A stretch of DNA of 64,000 bases from Candidatus Uhrbacteria bacterium (GTDB lineage: Bacteria > Patescibacteriota > Patescibacteriia > UBA9934 > GWF2-40-263): NCBI GenBank assembly GCA_903843045.1, contig CAIMOJ010000046.1:650-64649 (forward strand), written 5' to 3'. Below are positions 9,955-19,977 of the stretch, in pieces. A program made the position numbers and the translations under genes. The notes beneath the pieces are model-generated. The model had not been told where the DNA came from, searched no databases, and saw nothing but the letters and a program-made list of their open reading frames with translations. Position 1 is the first letter of the stretch. Every line of letters begins with the position of its first letter.

Positions 9955-10285
9955 AAACGCAAAGGCCTCTAATTTGATTTGGGGGGTATGTAGGTACGTC
10001 TCGTTTTAAAACTCAATTTTGAGAAAACGAGACGGAGCGTCAGAGACGACGATAGACCCGTACCTAGACACCCGGAAATCGTCCTGGACGCGTTTATGCC
10101 GTCCAAGGCGACCTGGGTAGAACCCATCAACGATGACCATGAGCGGGACCCAATTGAATCACGGGTACCGCGGAAGAACGATCCGGAAGGATCCAGACCA
10201 GAAAGGCTCTGACGGACAGGACTGTACGCCATGCAAAACACGGGCAAACGGCATAAAACGCCGAATAACCCGTGTCTTATTTTTA
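9955..10285 (+). ncRNA. Candidate structured ncRNA of unknown family
   Basis: TATAAT at 9943-9948, at least 6 stems, GGAA tetraloop, long-range pairing 10038-45/10207-14, terminal hairpin plus T tract; no credible ORF. Ends are approximate. Confidence 0.5.
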
Positions 10286-10368
10286 GCTCTATTTAGCCCA
10301 CTTCTGACATGACGTGTCGTCTAAGTTACAGAAGACGACGCTTAAGATCACCTTCTCGGATTGTCATT

Positions 10369-10590
10369 CTACCTCATGAACCAAGCCGTTGAGAACCCTG
10401 CAAAATATGTCATTGCAAGCAACCCCGCACCTATGACGAAGATTCCCACGCCAAGCATCATGATGCCTTTGATCGAGTCGTCGTCCTCGGCGGCACCCAA
10501 CATCATATACGCGCTAATGACGATGAAGACCGTTAACGGCGTTATGGCCATCGCCCACGCGACGACCTTCAGTGCGAGATCGAGATCCAT
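10369..10590 (-). CDS. Small two-TM membrane protein
   Basis: 73 aa, two hydrophobic helices, 6 nt downstream of the M23 gene. Confidence 0.6.
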   Translation of the reverse strand: MDLDLALKVVAWAMAITPLTVFIVISAYMMLGAAEDDDSIKGIMMLGVGIFVIGAGLLAMTYFAGFSTAWFMR

Positions 10591-10596
10591 AACAAT

Positions 10597-11859
10597 TTAT
10601 TCAAGCGGTGTGTGATCAAGATAGTTGAGCGGATTTACCGGGATGCCGTTCAACCGAACTTCGTAGTGCAGGTGCGCCCCGGTCGAAAGTCCCGCGCCCT
10701 GCATTCCAGGGACTCCGCCGGAAAGTCCGATCACCGTTCCGCGTCCGACGTACTCGTCCTGCTTTACGGCAAACTTCGATAAGTGGGCATAGAGCGTCGC
10801 GATGCCGTCCGCGTGGATAACCATCACGTAGTTGCCATACTGCGTTCCGGTCTTCGTCCATGCCACGTATCCCGGCGCGGATGACTTTACCGGAGTGCCG
10901 AGCGGCGTCGGTATATCGATTCCCGGATGCTCGAACAAATGTCGGAACGGATAGGTCGGATCATGATAAAGCGTCGAGAGCCCCTTGTTCGGAGCCAGTG
11001 GCCACGAGATGACACTACTCCCCTGCCCCGTATTGTCCAGAGTTGACAGTTTGCGCTCAACCTCGCCCTGAAGGGCGCCAATCTCCTGGCTGACGGACTG
11101 CTGTTCCGCGTGAATGCTGGATAAAAAGCCCTGAAACGCGCTTTCCGTGCGCTGAGTCTGGGCGAGAAGGAACTGCTTTGCCTCCTTTTCCTCGTCGAGC
11201 TGACCCTTTTGGCGCAATTGGTCGGCCTGGAGATCGGCAAGGCGCGTGCGCTTCCCAACCTGCGAGGCACGGTCATTTATCACGGACGTTCGCTCGGCCT
11301 CCGCGCGCGTCAGAGCGTTCTTCAGGTCTCCCGTTACGCTTGAAAGCTGCTGCAGCCGGTCGAACAGCTCGCCAAACGAATCCGAGCCGAACAGGAGCTG
11401 CAGCGTCATGTCGTTGTCATACGTGTCCATCTTGCGGAGAATGTCGCCAAGGGATGCGCGGTCGAGTTCAAGCTGATGCTCGATCGCGTCGGCGCGGATC
11501 TGCAGAAGCTGGATCTCGTCGTTCGTGGCCGAGATGTCCTCGTCGGTCGCCGAGATGTCCAGTTCAGTCTTCGCCACGCGGTTGTCGAGCAATTCCATCT
11601 CGCTTACGAGCGTCGCGCTCTGCGCCTCCGCATCCGCGATCTTTTTTTTGTACGTGGCCACGCTCCCGTTCAGCTTGTCCACCTCCGCCTTCTTCTGCGC
11701 GATCTGATCGTTCAGGTCCGTGATCGTTCCTGCCGCCTTGGAATCGCTTACGGCGACGGGTGATGCCACATCCGACGTATCCGCAAAAACAGCGCGAACG
11801 ACAACGGACGTCGCGGCCATCACGGCGATCAGCGGAATGAAGAGGAACGATTTTTTCAT
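10597..11859 (-). CDS. Coiled-coil M23 family peptidoglycan endopeptidase
   Basis: Signal peptide, long coiled coil, HPGIDI, YGNYV, LYAHL and STGAHLHYE motifs. Confidence 0.9.
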   Translation of the reverse strand: MKKSFLFIPLIAVMAATSVVVRAVFADTSDVASPVAVSDSKAAGTITDLNDQIAQKKAEVDKLNGSVATYKKKIADAEAQSATLVSEMELLDNRVAKTELDISATDEDISATNDEIQLLQIRADAIEHQLELDRASLGDILRKMDTYDNDMTLQLLFGSDSFGELFDRLQQLSSVTGDLKNALTRAEAERTSVINDRASQVGKRTRLADLQADQLRQKGQLDEEKEAKQFLLAQTQRTESAFQGFLSSIHAEQQSVSQEIGALQGEVERKLSTLDNTGQGSSVISWPLAPNKGLSTLYHDPTYPFRHLFEHPGIDIPTPLGTPVKSSAPGYVAWTKTGTQYGNYVMVIHADGIATLYAHLSKFAVKQDEYVGRGTVIGLSGGVPGMQGAGLSTGAHLHYEVRLNGIPVNPLNYLDHTPLE

Positions 11860-11870
11860 GTCGATATCGT

Positions 11871-11914
11871 CTCCCTCTCCTTTAAAAAGAGAGGGCTGGG
11901 GTGAGGTCTACGTC
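11871..11914. repeat. Palindromic element family A, intergenic copy
   Basis: ctccctctcctttaaaaagagagggctggggtgaggtctacgtc, matching copies at 20391, 21796, 23178 and 42631. Confidence 0.9.
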
Positions 11915-11916
11915 GT

Positions 11917-13386
11917 CTACGTCGCGAGCGAGGCAATCGCTCCGTCCAACCTCCGCATCGTCTCATCCTTGCCAAGCGCCCAGGCGAGCTCGAACGGGCT
12001 CGGCGAGGCGGCACGACCGGACAATGCCACGCGGGTCGGCCACAGGACGTTTCCGTTCGACAAACCCTTTGACTCAATATACGCCTTTATCGACGCTTCG
12101 ACCAATCCGATCTCCGTCCAGACCGTCTCTTCGACGGTCGACAGATGGTCGCGAACCCCGACAAGGTTCGCCTTGCTGTCCGCCGCGTCCGCCTTCTTCC
12201 AGACGAGAATCGCCGGATCGAACGCCGGGACCGACACGTACGCGTCGACGATCTCGACGATGTCCGTGAGCCGTTCCATCCGTGTCTTCTCAATCGCGCA
12301 GATCTTCTCGAGCAACGCCGCGTCAATCGTCTTGCCAGCCGCGTCCAAAAACGGACGAACGAGGGCGACAAGTTCCGCGGACGTCTTCTTCATGACGTAC
12401 TGCCCGTTCATCCAGTTCAGTTTCGCCTGGTCGAACACCGCGCCCGACTTGTTGATCTTCGTCAGGTCGAACAGCTCGATCAATTCGTCGATCGCGTAAA
12501 TCTCCTGGTCCGCTTTCGGATTAAAGCCAAGAAGAGCAACGAAGTTCACAAGCGCCTCCGGAAGATATCCCTTTGCGAGATAGTCCTCGACCGCGACGTC
12601 GCCTTGGCGCTTCGACAGCTTCGACTTATCCGGGTTGAGCAGCAACGGCAGATGCGCAAACAGCGGCGCGTCCCAACCGAACAGGCGGTACAGGATGACG
12701 TGCTTCGGCGTGGAAGAGATCCATTCCTCGCCGCGAATGACGTGCGTGATCTTCATCAAGTGGTCATCGACGACAACGGCCATGTGGTACGTCGGAAACC
12801 CGTCGGACTTGATAAGAACCTGGTCGTCGACCTCCGCATTGTTGATCGTAATCGTTCCGCGGATCACGTCCTCGAAGGAGGTCTCGCCTTCCGGGACGCG
12901 GAGGCGGAGGACGTGCGCTTCGCCGGCTGCCGAGCGTCGTAAAACTTCGTCGGCAGGAAGGCTGAGGCAGTGACGGTCGTACTTCGTCGACAGCTTGGCG
13001 ATCTCCTGCTGCTTGCGAAGCCCGTCGAGACGCTCTGACGAACAGAAACAGACGTACGCGGCGCCGGCGTCGAGCAGACGCTTGGCGTGCTCCTGATAGA
13101 CGGGAAGACGCTCCGACTGGATATACGGCCCCACGTCGCCGACCTGCTCTACGGCTCCGTTCACGAGGCGCGGCCCTTCGTCCGGAAGCAAATTGACGCG
13201 TCCAAAGGCTTCAAGAAGCTTCTCGACGGCGCCGGGGACGAGCCGCTCGCGGTCCGTGTCCTCAATCCGAAGCAAGTACTGTCCCGACTGCTGCCGGGCA
13301 AGCAGATAGTTGTACAACGCCGTGCGAAGTCCGCCGACGTGGAGGAATCCGGTTGGAGACGGGGCGAAGCGAGTTCGAACGGACAT
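11917..13386 (-). CDS. gltX: Glutamate--tRNA ligase
   Basis: RFAPSPTGFLHVGG (HIGH-like) and KLSKR motifs. Confidence 0.97.
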   Translation of the reverse strand: MSVRTRFAPSPTGFLHVGGLRTALYNYLLARQQSGQYLLRIEDTDRERLVPGAVEKLLEAFGRVNLLPDEGPRLVNGAVEQVGDVGPYIQSERLPVYQEHAKRLLDAGAAYVCFCSSERLDGLRKQQEIAKLSTKYDRHCLSLPADEVLRRSAAGEAHVLRLRVPEGETSFEDVIRGTITINNAEVDDQVLIKSDGFPTYHMAVVVDDHLMKITHVIRGEEWISSTPKHVILYRLFGWDAPLFAHLPLLLNPDKSKLSKRQGDVAVEDYLAKGYLPEALVNFVALLGFNPKADQEIYAIDELIELFDLTKINKSGAVFDQAKLNWMNGQYVMKKTSAELVALVRPFLDAAGKTIDAALLEKICAIEKTRMERLTDIVEIVDAYVSVPAFDPAILVWKKADAADSKANLVGVRDHLSTVEETVWTEIGLVEASIKAYIESKGLSNGNVLWPTRVALSGRAASPSPFELAWALGKDETMRRLDGAIASLAT

Positions 13387-13389
13387 AGG

Positions 13390-14172
13390 TTAGGATTCGT
13401 CGGATTTATGCTTCAGAGCTGCGTCGTATCGCGTGCGGATCGCCTTTGAAAGACCCGGCAGAAGAACGGAAAACTTGTAGGCGAACTCGTGCGGAAAATG
13501 ATGGCCTCGAAGCGAGTACGCGTTCATCACTTTGTCGATGTGGAATCCAGAAACGTCGACGGACGTCATCCAGCGCGTCTTCGACTTGATGATGACCCCG
13601 TCCTTTTCGTCGTACAGGGGTCCGTAGTCCAGTCGAATCCCCGACTTGGTGGCAGACCGCGCCGAGTATGGCGAACGAGAGACGATATTCCACGCGATGT
13701 TATTGTTCGAGAACAGCGCGTTGACCGACTCGAGCTCGCGATGGACCAGACCGTCACAGACGGGACTCAGCTCATAGACGTGCTCGTCCTTGTAAATGCT
13801 CTTCGAGAGGACATCCGGGTGGTTCATCTCCTGGGACGCGACCTTCAGGATCATCGAAAGCTCGTCAAACGCGTCGGATGACTCCTTTGAATTCTTTTCA
13901 GCGTGACACAGGATCTGATTCGACGTCTTGTTCAGCGCGGACTCGACGCCCGCGAACAGGTCCTCGAACACCTTGGCGGCGTCGGCTCGCTCAAGGGACG
14001 CGATGGCCGCGCGAAGCTCGACAAGGAATCGCCCGATTTCGAACGACGCATCCCGATAGTCCTCAAGAATTCCCTCTCGATCCTTCTTTGGAATCTTGTT
14101 CTCGTCGAAGGAGACTTCCTTTCCCGAATGTCCCACGCCGAATTCGCCCATGCGTCGGTTGGCCTCGCTCAT
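13390..14172 (-). CDS. Hypothetical protein
   Basis: 260 aa from an ATG overlapping the upstream stop (ATGA); fills the gap between co-oriented genes. Confidence 0.65.
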   Translation of the reverse strand: MSEANRRMGEFGVGHSGKEVSFDENKIPKKDREGILEDYRDASFEIGRFLVELRAAIASLERADAAKVFEDLFAGVESALNKTSNQILCHAEKNSKESSDAFDELSMILKVASQEMNHPDVLSKSIYKDEHVYELSPVCDGLVHRELESVNALFSNNNIAWNIVSRSPYSARSATKSGIRLDYGPLYDEKDGVIIKSKTRWMTSVDVSGFHIDKVMNAYSLRGHHFPHEFAYKFSVLLPGLSKAIRTRYDAALKHKSDES

Positions 14173-15005
14173 ACGCCGCGCAGTTGATTGATAATTTCCG
14201 GCACCGTCGCGCGACACGCGGCCACGAACCGATGCCGCCTCAGTGTATCCCAGACGACCACCGCTGGGAAGACGACCGCGGCGTTGAAAATGCGTCGAAA
14301 CCGCCTCGGTTCGATAACGAGCCGCCAGAGCCATTCGAGGCCGACGCGACGGACGAACGCCGGCGCCCGTCGCTTTGTCCCGGCGATCATGTCGAGCGCG
14401 CCGCCGACGCCGATGTAGACGCGGGGAGAGGGGTGAGGAGGGTTCGGAGGGGCGGAGCTTCGAAGAGCCTCGATGAACCGTTCCTGCTTTCCCATGCCGA
14501 GCGCGACGGCAACGACGTCCGCGTTTTCGAGGCTGGTGGATTTCATGCGGTCGGATGAAACACGCCCGGCGTTGCTGTCGTCGCTCGAGACGATCCCAAC
14601 GTCGACCGTCGAGACATCGAGGCCGACGAACCGTGCCCGCATCGCGTCCGCGGCAGACTCCGCGACGCCTGGCCCACCTCCGACGAGAACGAGACGCCTT
14701 CCCTGCTCCGCGCAGAGTTTGGCGAGCAACAGCAGTGTGTCGACTCCGGTGTGGCGATGCGATAAACGATCGCCGGTCAACGCCGATGTCGCAAACCGAA
14801 GTCCGACGCCATCGGGCAAGGACAGATCCGCGCGATTCAGGAGCTCGACGAACGACGGGTCGCACCGGGCGGCGAGGACGAACTCCGGGTTCGGGGTCAC
14901 GATCGCGCACGACGAATTCGAATCCAACCACCCGGACAGGAGGTCCGTAAGCTCGCCTGTGGACAAGTCGGAAATACGCACGCCGAACAGTTCAAAATCT
15001 CTCAT
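14169..15005 (-). CDS. WecB/TagA/CpsF family glycosyltransferase
   Basis: VTPNPE, LPDGVG, ALGMGKQE, GVGGALD, RAP and GLEWLWRL..EPRR motifs. Confidence 0.92.
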   Translation of the reverse strand: MRDFELFGVRISDLSTGELTDLLSGWLDSNSSCAIVTPNPEFVLAARCDPSFVELLNRADLSLPDGVGLRFATSALTGDRLSHRHTGVDTLLLLAKLCAEQGRRLVLVGGGPGVAESAADAMRARFVGLDVSTVDVGIVSSDDSNAGRVSSDRMKSTSLENADVVAVALGMGKQERFIEALRSSAPPNPPHPSPRVYIGVGGALDMIAGTKRRAPAFVRRVGLEWLWRLVIEPRRFRRIFNAAVVFPAVVVWDTLRRHRFVAACRATVPEIINQLRGV

Positions 15006-15032
15006 ATACAGCCAAAATACTAGCATTTCTAC

Positions 15033-15073
15033 TTGACTTTTGCAAATTAGCACTCTATACTATCGAGTGCTAA
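15033..15073 (+). promoter_or_regulatory. Sigma70 promoter of clpB with overlapping CIRCE (HrcA operator)
   Basis: TTGACT(15033)-17-TATACT(15056); perfect TTAGCACTC-N9-GAGTGCTAA at 15047-15073. Confidence 0.95.
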
Positions 15074-15088
15074 TCTGTCTCCAACCTT

Positions 15089-17719
15089 ATGTTGCCGAAC
15101 AACTTTACCCTGAAATCCCAAGAGGCGCTCCAGACGGCCAACAATCTGGCGGTGCAGGGCGGACAGCCGGCGCTTGAGCCGATCCATCTGGTCGCTTCCC
15201 TCCTGTCGCAGGACGAGGGGGTGGTGCCGGCGATCGTGAACAAGATCGTCGGGAATCCGTCCGACCTCCGGGCCGAGGTTGAGAAGATCATCGATGCGCT
15301 GCCGAAGCAGAAGGCGCAGGGCGGCGGGATCGGGCAGATTTTTTTGGCGCCTGAGATGGCGACCGTGCTTTCGGAGTCCGCGACGATCGCGAAGCAGTTC
15401 AAGGACGATTACATTTCTACCGAGCATCTCCTGCTTGGGCTTTTGAAAAACAAGAACGTCTCGCGTTTCCTCGGCAAGTACAAGATGACCGAAGAAACCG
15501 TGCTCCAGGCGCTCAAGGACATTCGGGGAACGCAGCGCGTCGACAGCCAGGAGCCGGAGACAAAGTATCAGGCGATCAAGAAGTACAGTCGAAACCTGAC
15601 AGATGCCGCGCGCGTCGGAGAGCTCGATCCCGTGATCGGCCGCGACGCCGAAATCCGCCGCGTCATGCAGGTCCTGTCGCGCCGCACCAAGAACAACCCG
15701 GTGCTCATCGGCGAGGCGGGCGTGGGCAAAACCGCGATCATCGAGGGGCTTGCCCAGCGCATCGTGGACGGCGACGTGCCAGAGATGCTGAAGGAAAAGG
15801 AAATCATTGCGCTCGACGTCGGATCGATGGTCGCGGGAACGAAGTACCGCGGAGAGTTCGAGGACCGTTTGAAGGCGGTGCTCAAGGAAATCGAAGGATC
15901 CGGCGGGAAGATTATCCTGTTCATCGACGAGCTTCACACGCTCGTCGGCGCCGGGACGACCGAAGGAAGCTCGCTCGATGCGGCGAACATGCTGAAGCCT
16001 GCACTTGCCCGCGGAAAACTCCGCGCGGTCGGAGCGACGACGCTCAAGGAATACCAGCGCTACATCGAGAAGGACCCTGCGCTCGAACGACGGTTCCAGC
16101 CCGTGATGGTCGAGGAGCCGAGCGTCGAGGACAGCATCGCGATCTTGCGCGGTATCAAGGAGAAGTACGAGCTCCACCACGGCGTCCGCGTCTCGGACCC
16201 GTCGATCGTCGCGGCCGCCGAGCTGTCGCACCGCTACATTACCGACCGACAACTTCCCGACAAGGCCGTCGACCTGATGGACGAGGCCGCCGCCGCGCTG
16301 CGCATGCAGATCGACTCGATGCCGGAGGAACTCGACATGCTGAAGCGCGACCTGATCCGCCACGAGATCGAGCGGAAGGCTCTCGAGAAGGAGGAGGACA
16401 AGGATTCAAAGGCGCGACTCGGCGAGATCGAGCGTCAGATCGCGGATTTGCGCGAGAAGACCGACGCGCTCGAGGGAAAGTGGCGGAACGAGAAGGACAA
16501 GATCGGCGAGATTCAGTCGGCAAAGAGTGCCGTCGAGAAACTGCGCGCCGAGGCCGAGATCGCCGAGCGCCGCGGGGACCTGGAGACCGTCGCGAAGATT
16601 CGCTACGGGACGATTCCGACCGAGGAGCGGCGTTTGAAAGAGGCGGAGGTCGCGCTGACCCAGCTCCAGCAAGATCGCGGATTGCTCAAACAGGTCGTCA
16701 CGGAGGAAGACATCGCCGCGGTCGTGAGCCGCTGGACGTCGATCCCCGTCTCGAAGATGCTCGAGTCCGAGCTGAAGAAGCTGGCTCGCATGGAGGACGA
16801 GCTCATCAAGCGCGTCGTCGGCCAGAAGGAGGCCATCGCCGCCGTGTCGAACGCGCTGCGACGGTCGCGCGCCGGGATCTCGGAATCGAACCGGCCGATT
16901 GGGTCGTTCATCTTTCTCGGCCCGACGGGCGTGGGAAAGACCGAGCTCGCCCGCGCGCTCGCCGGGTTCATGTTCAACGACGAGTCCGCGCTCGTGCGGC
17001 TCGACATGTCGGAGTACATGGAGAAGCACGCCGTGTCCAAGATCCTCGGTTCCCCGCCGGGCTACGTCGGGCATGAGGAAGGCGGGCAGCTCACGGAGAT
17101 CGTCCGCCGCAAGCCGTACTCGGTCCTGCTGTTCGACGAGATCGAAAAGGCGCATCCGGACACGTTCAACGTCCTCCTGCAGATTCTCGACGAGGGACAT
17201 CTCACCGACGCGAAGGGCCGCAAGGTCAACTTCAAGAACACGGTGATCATCATGACGTCGAACATCGGATCGGACGTGATCCTCGACATGGGAAAGACGC
17301 GCGGAACCATCGGGTTCAGCGAGGACGAGACCGGCGCGGGCGACGAGGGCGAGATCCAGGAGCGCGTCATGGGCATGCTCCGCGACCACTTCCGCCCGGA
17401 GTTCCTGAACCGCGTCGACGAGATCATCATGTTCCACGCGCTGACCGAGGCGCAGATTGGCGAGATCGTGAACCTCCAGCTCACACGGACGTTCGAGCGC
17501 CTTGAGAAGGAACGCGGAATCGTCCTCTCCGTCTCGCCCGCCGCGAAGAAGCTGCTCGCGCGAAAGGGGTACGATCCGGCGTACGGCGCGCGTCCGCTGA
17601 AGCGCGTCATCCAGCGTCTGATTCTCGACCCGCTGGCGATGAGAATCGTCGAGGGAAGCCTGAAGGAAGGACAGTCCGTGGCCATCGGGGCCAAGGCAGA
17701 CGAGATCGTGATCTCGTAG
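15089..17719 (+). CDS. clpB: ATP-dependent chaperone ClpB
   Basis: Two AAA modules ([16 protein letters not shown]), long coiled-coil middle domain, 876 aa. Confidence 0.96.
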   Translation: MLPNNFTLKSQEALQTANNLAVQGGQPALEPIHLVASLLSQDEGVVPAIVNKIVGNPSDLRAEVEKIIDALPKQKAQGGGIGQIFLAPEMATVLSESATIAKQFKDDYISTEHLLLGLLKNKNVSRFLGKYKMTEETVLQALKDIRGTQRVDSQEPETKYQAIKKYSRNLTDAARVGELDPVIGRDAEIRRVMQVLSRRTKNNPVLIGEAGVGKTAIIEGLAQRIVDGDVPEMLKEKEIIALDVGSMVAGTKYRGEFEDRLKAVLKEIEGSGGKIILFIDELHTLVGAGTTEGSSLDAANMLKPALARGKLRAVGATTLKEYQRYIEKDPALERRFQPVMVEEPSVEDSIAILRGIKEKYELHHGVRVSDPSIVAAAELSHRYITDRQLPDKAVDLMDEAAAALRMQIDSMPEELDMLKRDLIRHEIERKALEKEEDKDSKARLGEIERQIADLREKTDALEGKWRNEKDKIGEIQSAKSAVEKLRAEAEIAERRGDLETVAKIRYGTIPTEERRLKEAEVALTQLQQDRGLLKQVVTEEDIAAVVSRWTSIPVSKMLESELKKLARMEDELIKRVVGQKEAIAAVSNALRRSRAGISESNRPIGSFIFLGPTGVGKTELARALAGFMFNDESALVRLDMSEYMEKHAVSKILGSPPGYVGHEEGGQLTEIVRRKPYSVLLFDEIEKAHPDTFNVLLQILDEGHLTDAKGRKVNFKNTVIIMTSNIGSDVILDMGKTRGTIGFSEDETGAGDEGEIQERVMGMLRDHFRPEFLNRVDEIIMFHALTEAQIGEIVNLQLTRTFERLEKERGIVLSVSPAAKKLLARKGYDPAYGARPLKRVIQRLILDPLAMRIVEGSLKEGQSVAIGAKADEIVIS

Positions 17720-17734
17720 TATAATGGCGCCGTT

Positions 17735-19144
17735 ATGAAACGGCGCCTTTTGCTTTCCTCCCTCATCGGTCTCGTGGCATTTTCCTCAGTGCCGGCGCCT
17801 GTTTTCGCGTACGACTTCGTGCCGAACTACGTCATTTCCGACGCGGAGATGACCGATGTCTCCAGCATGACCCAGGCACAAATCCAGGCATTCCTCGACG
17901 CGTACGGCACGCTCGGCTCACGTTCGTTCGAGGACGTAGACGGTTCCGTTCGAACCTCCGCGGAGATCATCTATAACGCGGCCAATCGCAATCGAATAAG
18001 TCCGCGCGTGATCCTTGTCACGCTTCAGAAGGAACAGAGCCTGGTCGACGACACGAGTCCGAAGCAAAGTCAGCTCGACTGGGCGATGGGATACGGCATC
18101 TGCGACAGCTGCAACCATGAGACGGAGGCGGCGCAGCGGTTTCGAGGATTCGCCAAGCAGGTGAACTCCGCGACGCTTCAGTTCGGCGAAGGCTACATGG
18201 CCGACCTCGCCGCGTTCGGAAAGACGCTCGCGGGATACGGCCCCGGCGTGACCGTCGCCGTCGACGACATCCTCCTCACCCCCGCGAACAACGCCACCGC
18301 CGCGCTCTACACCTACACTCCGCACACCCACGGCAACGAGAATTTCTCCAAGCTCTGGCAACGCTGGTTTACGCACGATTATCCGGACGGGACGCTTCTT
18401 CAGAACGTGGAGGACGGCGGCGTCTGGCTTATCCAGTACGGCACGCGCCGACCGATCACGTCCCGCGCCGCGCTTCTGACGCGCTTCAACGAACGCGCGA
18501 TCGTCCCGGTCACGTCCACGTCGCTCGCCGTGTTTCCGACGGGACGCTCGATCTCCCTTCCGAACTATTCCCTGCTCCAATCCCCGAAGGGAACGGTCTA
18601 TCTCCTCGTCGACGACTCAATCCGCGGATTCGTCTCCCGCGAGGCGATGCGCGCCGCGGGCCTGAATCCGGAGGACGCGATCAACGTTTCGTTCGAGGAC
18701 CTTGCCGGATACAGGGAGGGCTCGCCGATCACGAGCGACAGCGTTTATCCGCAGGGCGCGCTCCTTCAGGACACGAAGACCGGCGGCGTCTACTTCGTTG
18801 AAAATGGATCGAAGTCGCCGATCATGTCCCGCGAGATCATGAACACAAAATTTAAAAACCTCGCGATCCAACCGGCGGAAGCGGGCGAGCTCGACGCGTA
18901 TCCGACGGTCGAACCCGTCCCATTCCCGGACGGCACCCTAATCAGCCCAAACGGGAAGTCGGATATCTACGTGGTTTCTGCCGGAAAACGCCTCCCGATC
19001 CCGAACGGCGAGACGTTCCTGTCCTACGGGTGGAACTGGGACCAGGTCATCAAGACGAACGACCGATCGATCGACATTCTCCCGCTTGGCGATCCGATCC
19101 AGCCAATTCAGGCGATCGAGCCCAATGATACGCAATCCCTATGA
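17735..19144 (+). CDS. Secreted protein with putative cell-wall hydrolase-like domain and about four C-terminal repeats
   Basis: Signal peptide; LQKEQSL and NNATAALYTYTPH motifs; repeats such as YPDGTLLQ..GGVWLI and YPQGALLQ..GGVYFV. Confidence 0.6.
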   Translation: MKRRLLLSSLIGLVAFSSVPAPVFAYDFVPNYVISDAEMTDVSSMTQAQIQAFLDAYGTLGSRSFEDVDGSVRTSAEIIYNAANRNRISPRVILVTLQKEQSLVDDTSPKQSQLDWAMGYGICDSCNHETEAAQRFRGFAKQVNSATLQFGEGYMADLAAFGKTLAGYGPGVTVAVDDILLTPANNATAALYTYTPHTHGNENFSKLWQRWFTHDYPDGTLLQNVEDGGVWLIQYGTRRPITSRAALLTRFNERAIVPVTSTSLAVFPTGRSISLPNYSLLQSPKGTVYLLVDDSIRGFVSREAMRAAGLNPEDAINVSFEDLAGYREGSPITSDSVYPQGALLQDTKTGGVYFVENGSKSPIMSREIMNTKFKNLAIQPAEAGELDAYPTVEPVPFPDGTLISPNGKSDIYVVSAGKRLPIPNGETFLSYGWNWDQVIKTNDRSIDILPLGDPIQPIQAIEPNDTQSL

Positions 19145-19965
19145 TCGTCTTCGCCGCATTCACCCCGCACACCCCGCTTCTCCTTCCGCCCATCGGCAAG
19201 GATGCCCTCCAAAAAATGTCGTCAACGGCCGATGCCATGGATCGGCTCGGCGACGAGCTTCGCGAGGCGCGGCCCGACACGATCGTGATTATCTCCGCCC
19301 ATGCCACCCAGCATGACGGCGCTTTTTCGGCGAACCTGCACGACTCGTATCTCGTCGACCTCCGCGACTTCGGCGACCTCACCACGAGCGCGGAGTTCGA
19401 GCCGAACCTCTCTCTCATCGACGCGATCCAGCGCGCGGTTCGTCGCGCACAAATCCCCTTCACCCTCGACTCGGACTCGACGCTCGACTACGGCACCGCC
19501 GTTCCGCTCGTCGCGCTCGGCGCCAACCACCTGCTGCCAACGCTGAGCGTTGGCAGCAGCGACGGTTGCACGATCGTTCCGATCTCCTTCAGCAACCTTT
19601 CCGCGAAGGACCATTTCGCATTCGGAAAGACACTCAAGGACGTATTTGCAAATCGCAAGGAACGCATCGCCGTCATCGCGTCCGGCGATCTGTCTCATGC
19701 CCTCACTTCTGACGCACCGGCCGGCTACCGACCTGAGGGCGAAATTTTTGATTCTGCCGTCCGACAGGCGGTCGTCCAGGCAAGCGCGTCCCAGCTGCTT
19801 ACGCTCGACGAAGAGACCGTCGAAACGGCGGAGGAATGCGCCTATCGCCCCCTGCTCGTCCTCTTCGGAATCCTCGACCAAATTCCGGCGAGTCCGGAGG
19901 TGCTCTCCTACGAGCACCCATTCGGCGTCGGCTATCTCGTGGCGCAGTTCCGTCTCGACAAATAA
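19141..19965 (+). CDS. AmmeMemoRadiSam protein B / LigB-like (MEMO) family protein
   Basis: PHTPLLLPPIG, DYGTAVPL, IASGDLSH and YEHPFGVGY motifs. Confidence 0.85.
   Translation: MIVFAAFTPHTPLLLPPIGKDALQKMSSTADAMDRLGDELREARPDTIVIISAHATQHDGAFSANLHDSYLVDLRDFGDLTTSAEFEPNLSLIDAIQRAVRRAQIPFTLDSDSTLDYGTAVPLVALGANHLLPTLSVGSSDGCTIVPISFSNLSAKDHFAFGKTLKDVFANRKERIAVIASGDLSHALTSDAPAGYRPEGEIFDSAVRQAVVQASASQLLTLDEETVETAEECAYRPLLVLFGILDQIPASPEVLSYEHPFGVGYLVAQFRLDK
19531..19559. repeat. Palindromic element family B, in frame (LLPTLSVGSS)
   Basis: ctgctgccaacgct-g-agcgttggcagcag, perfect 14-bp arms. Confidence 0.85.
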
Positions 19966-19977
19966 TTCTCTCTGTCT

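Noticed and set aside
9981-10200. tmRNA, SRP RNA, RNase P or group I intron identity for the structured region
   Set aside because: The GGGGG start and UCC-GGAA-GGA are suggestive, but the T-loop/CCA end, SRP symmetric loop, RNase P CR-I and a P7 partner strand were not found by eye.
9969-10247. 92-aa minus-strand ORF in the structured region
   Set aside because: No motifs and atypical codon usage; the region is better explained as structured RNA.
14530-14575. Weak hairpin tttcat..atgaaa in the WecB/TagA gene as another inserted element
   Set aside because: Only a 6-bp core, single copy, and the peptide segment is near normal length.
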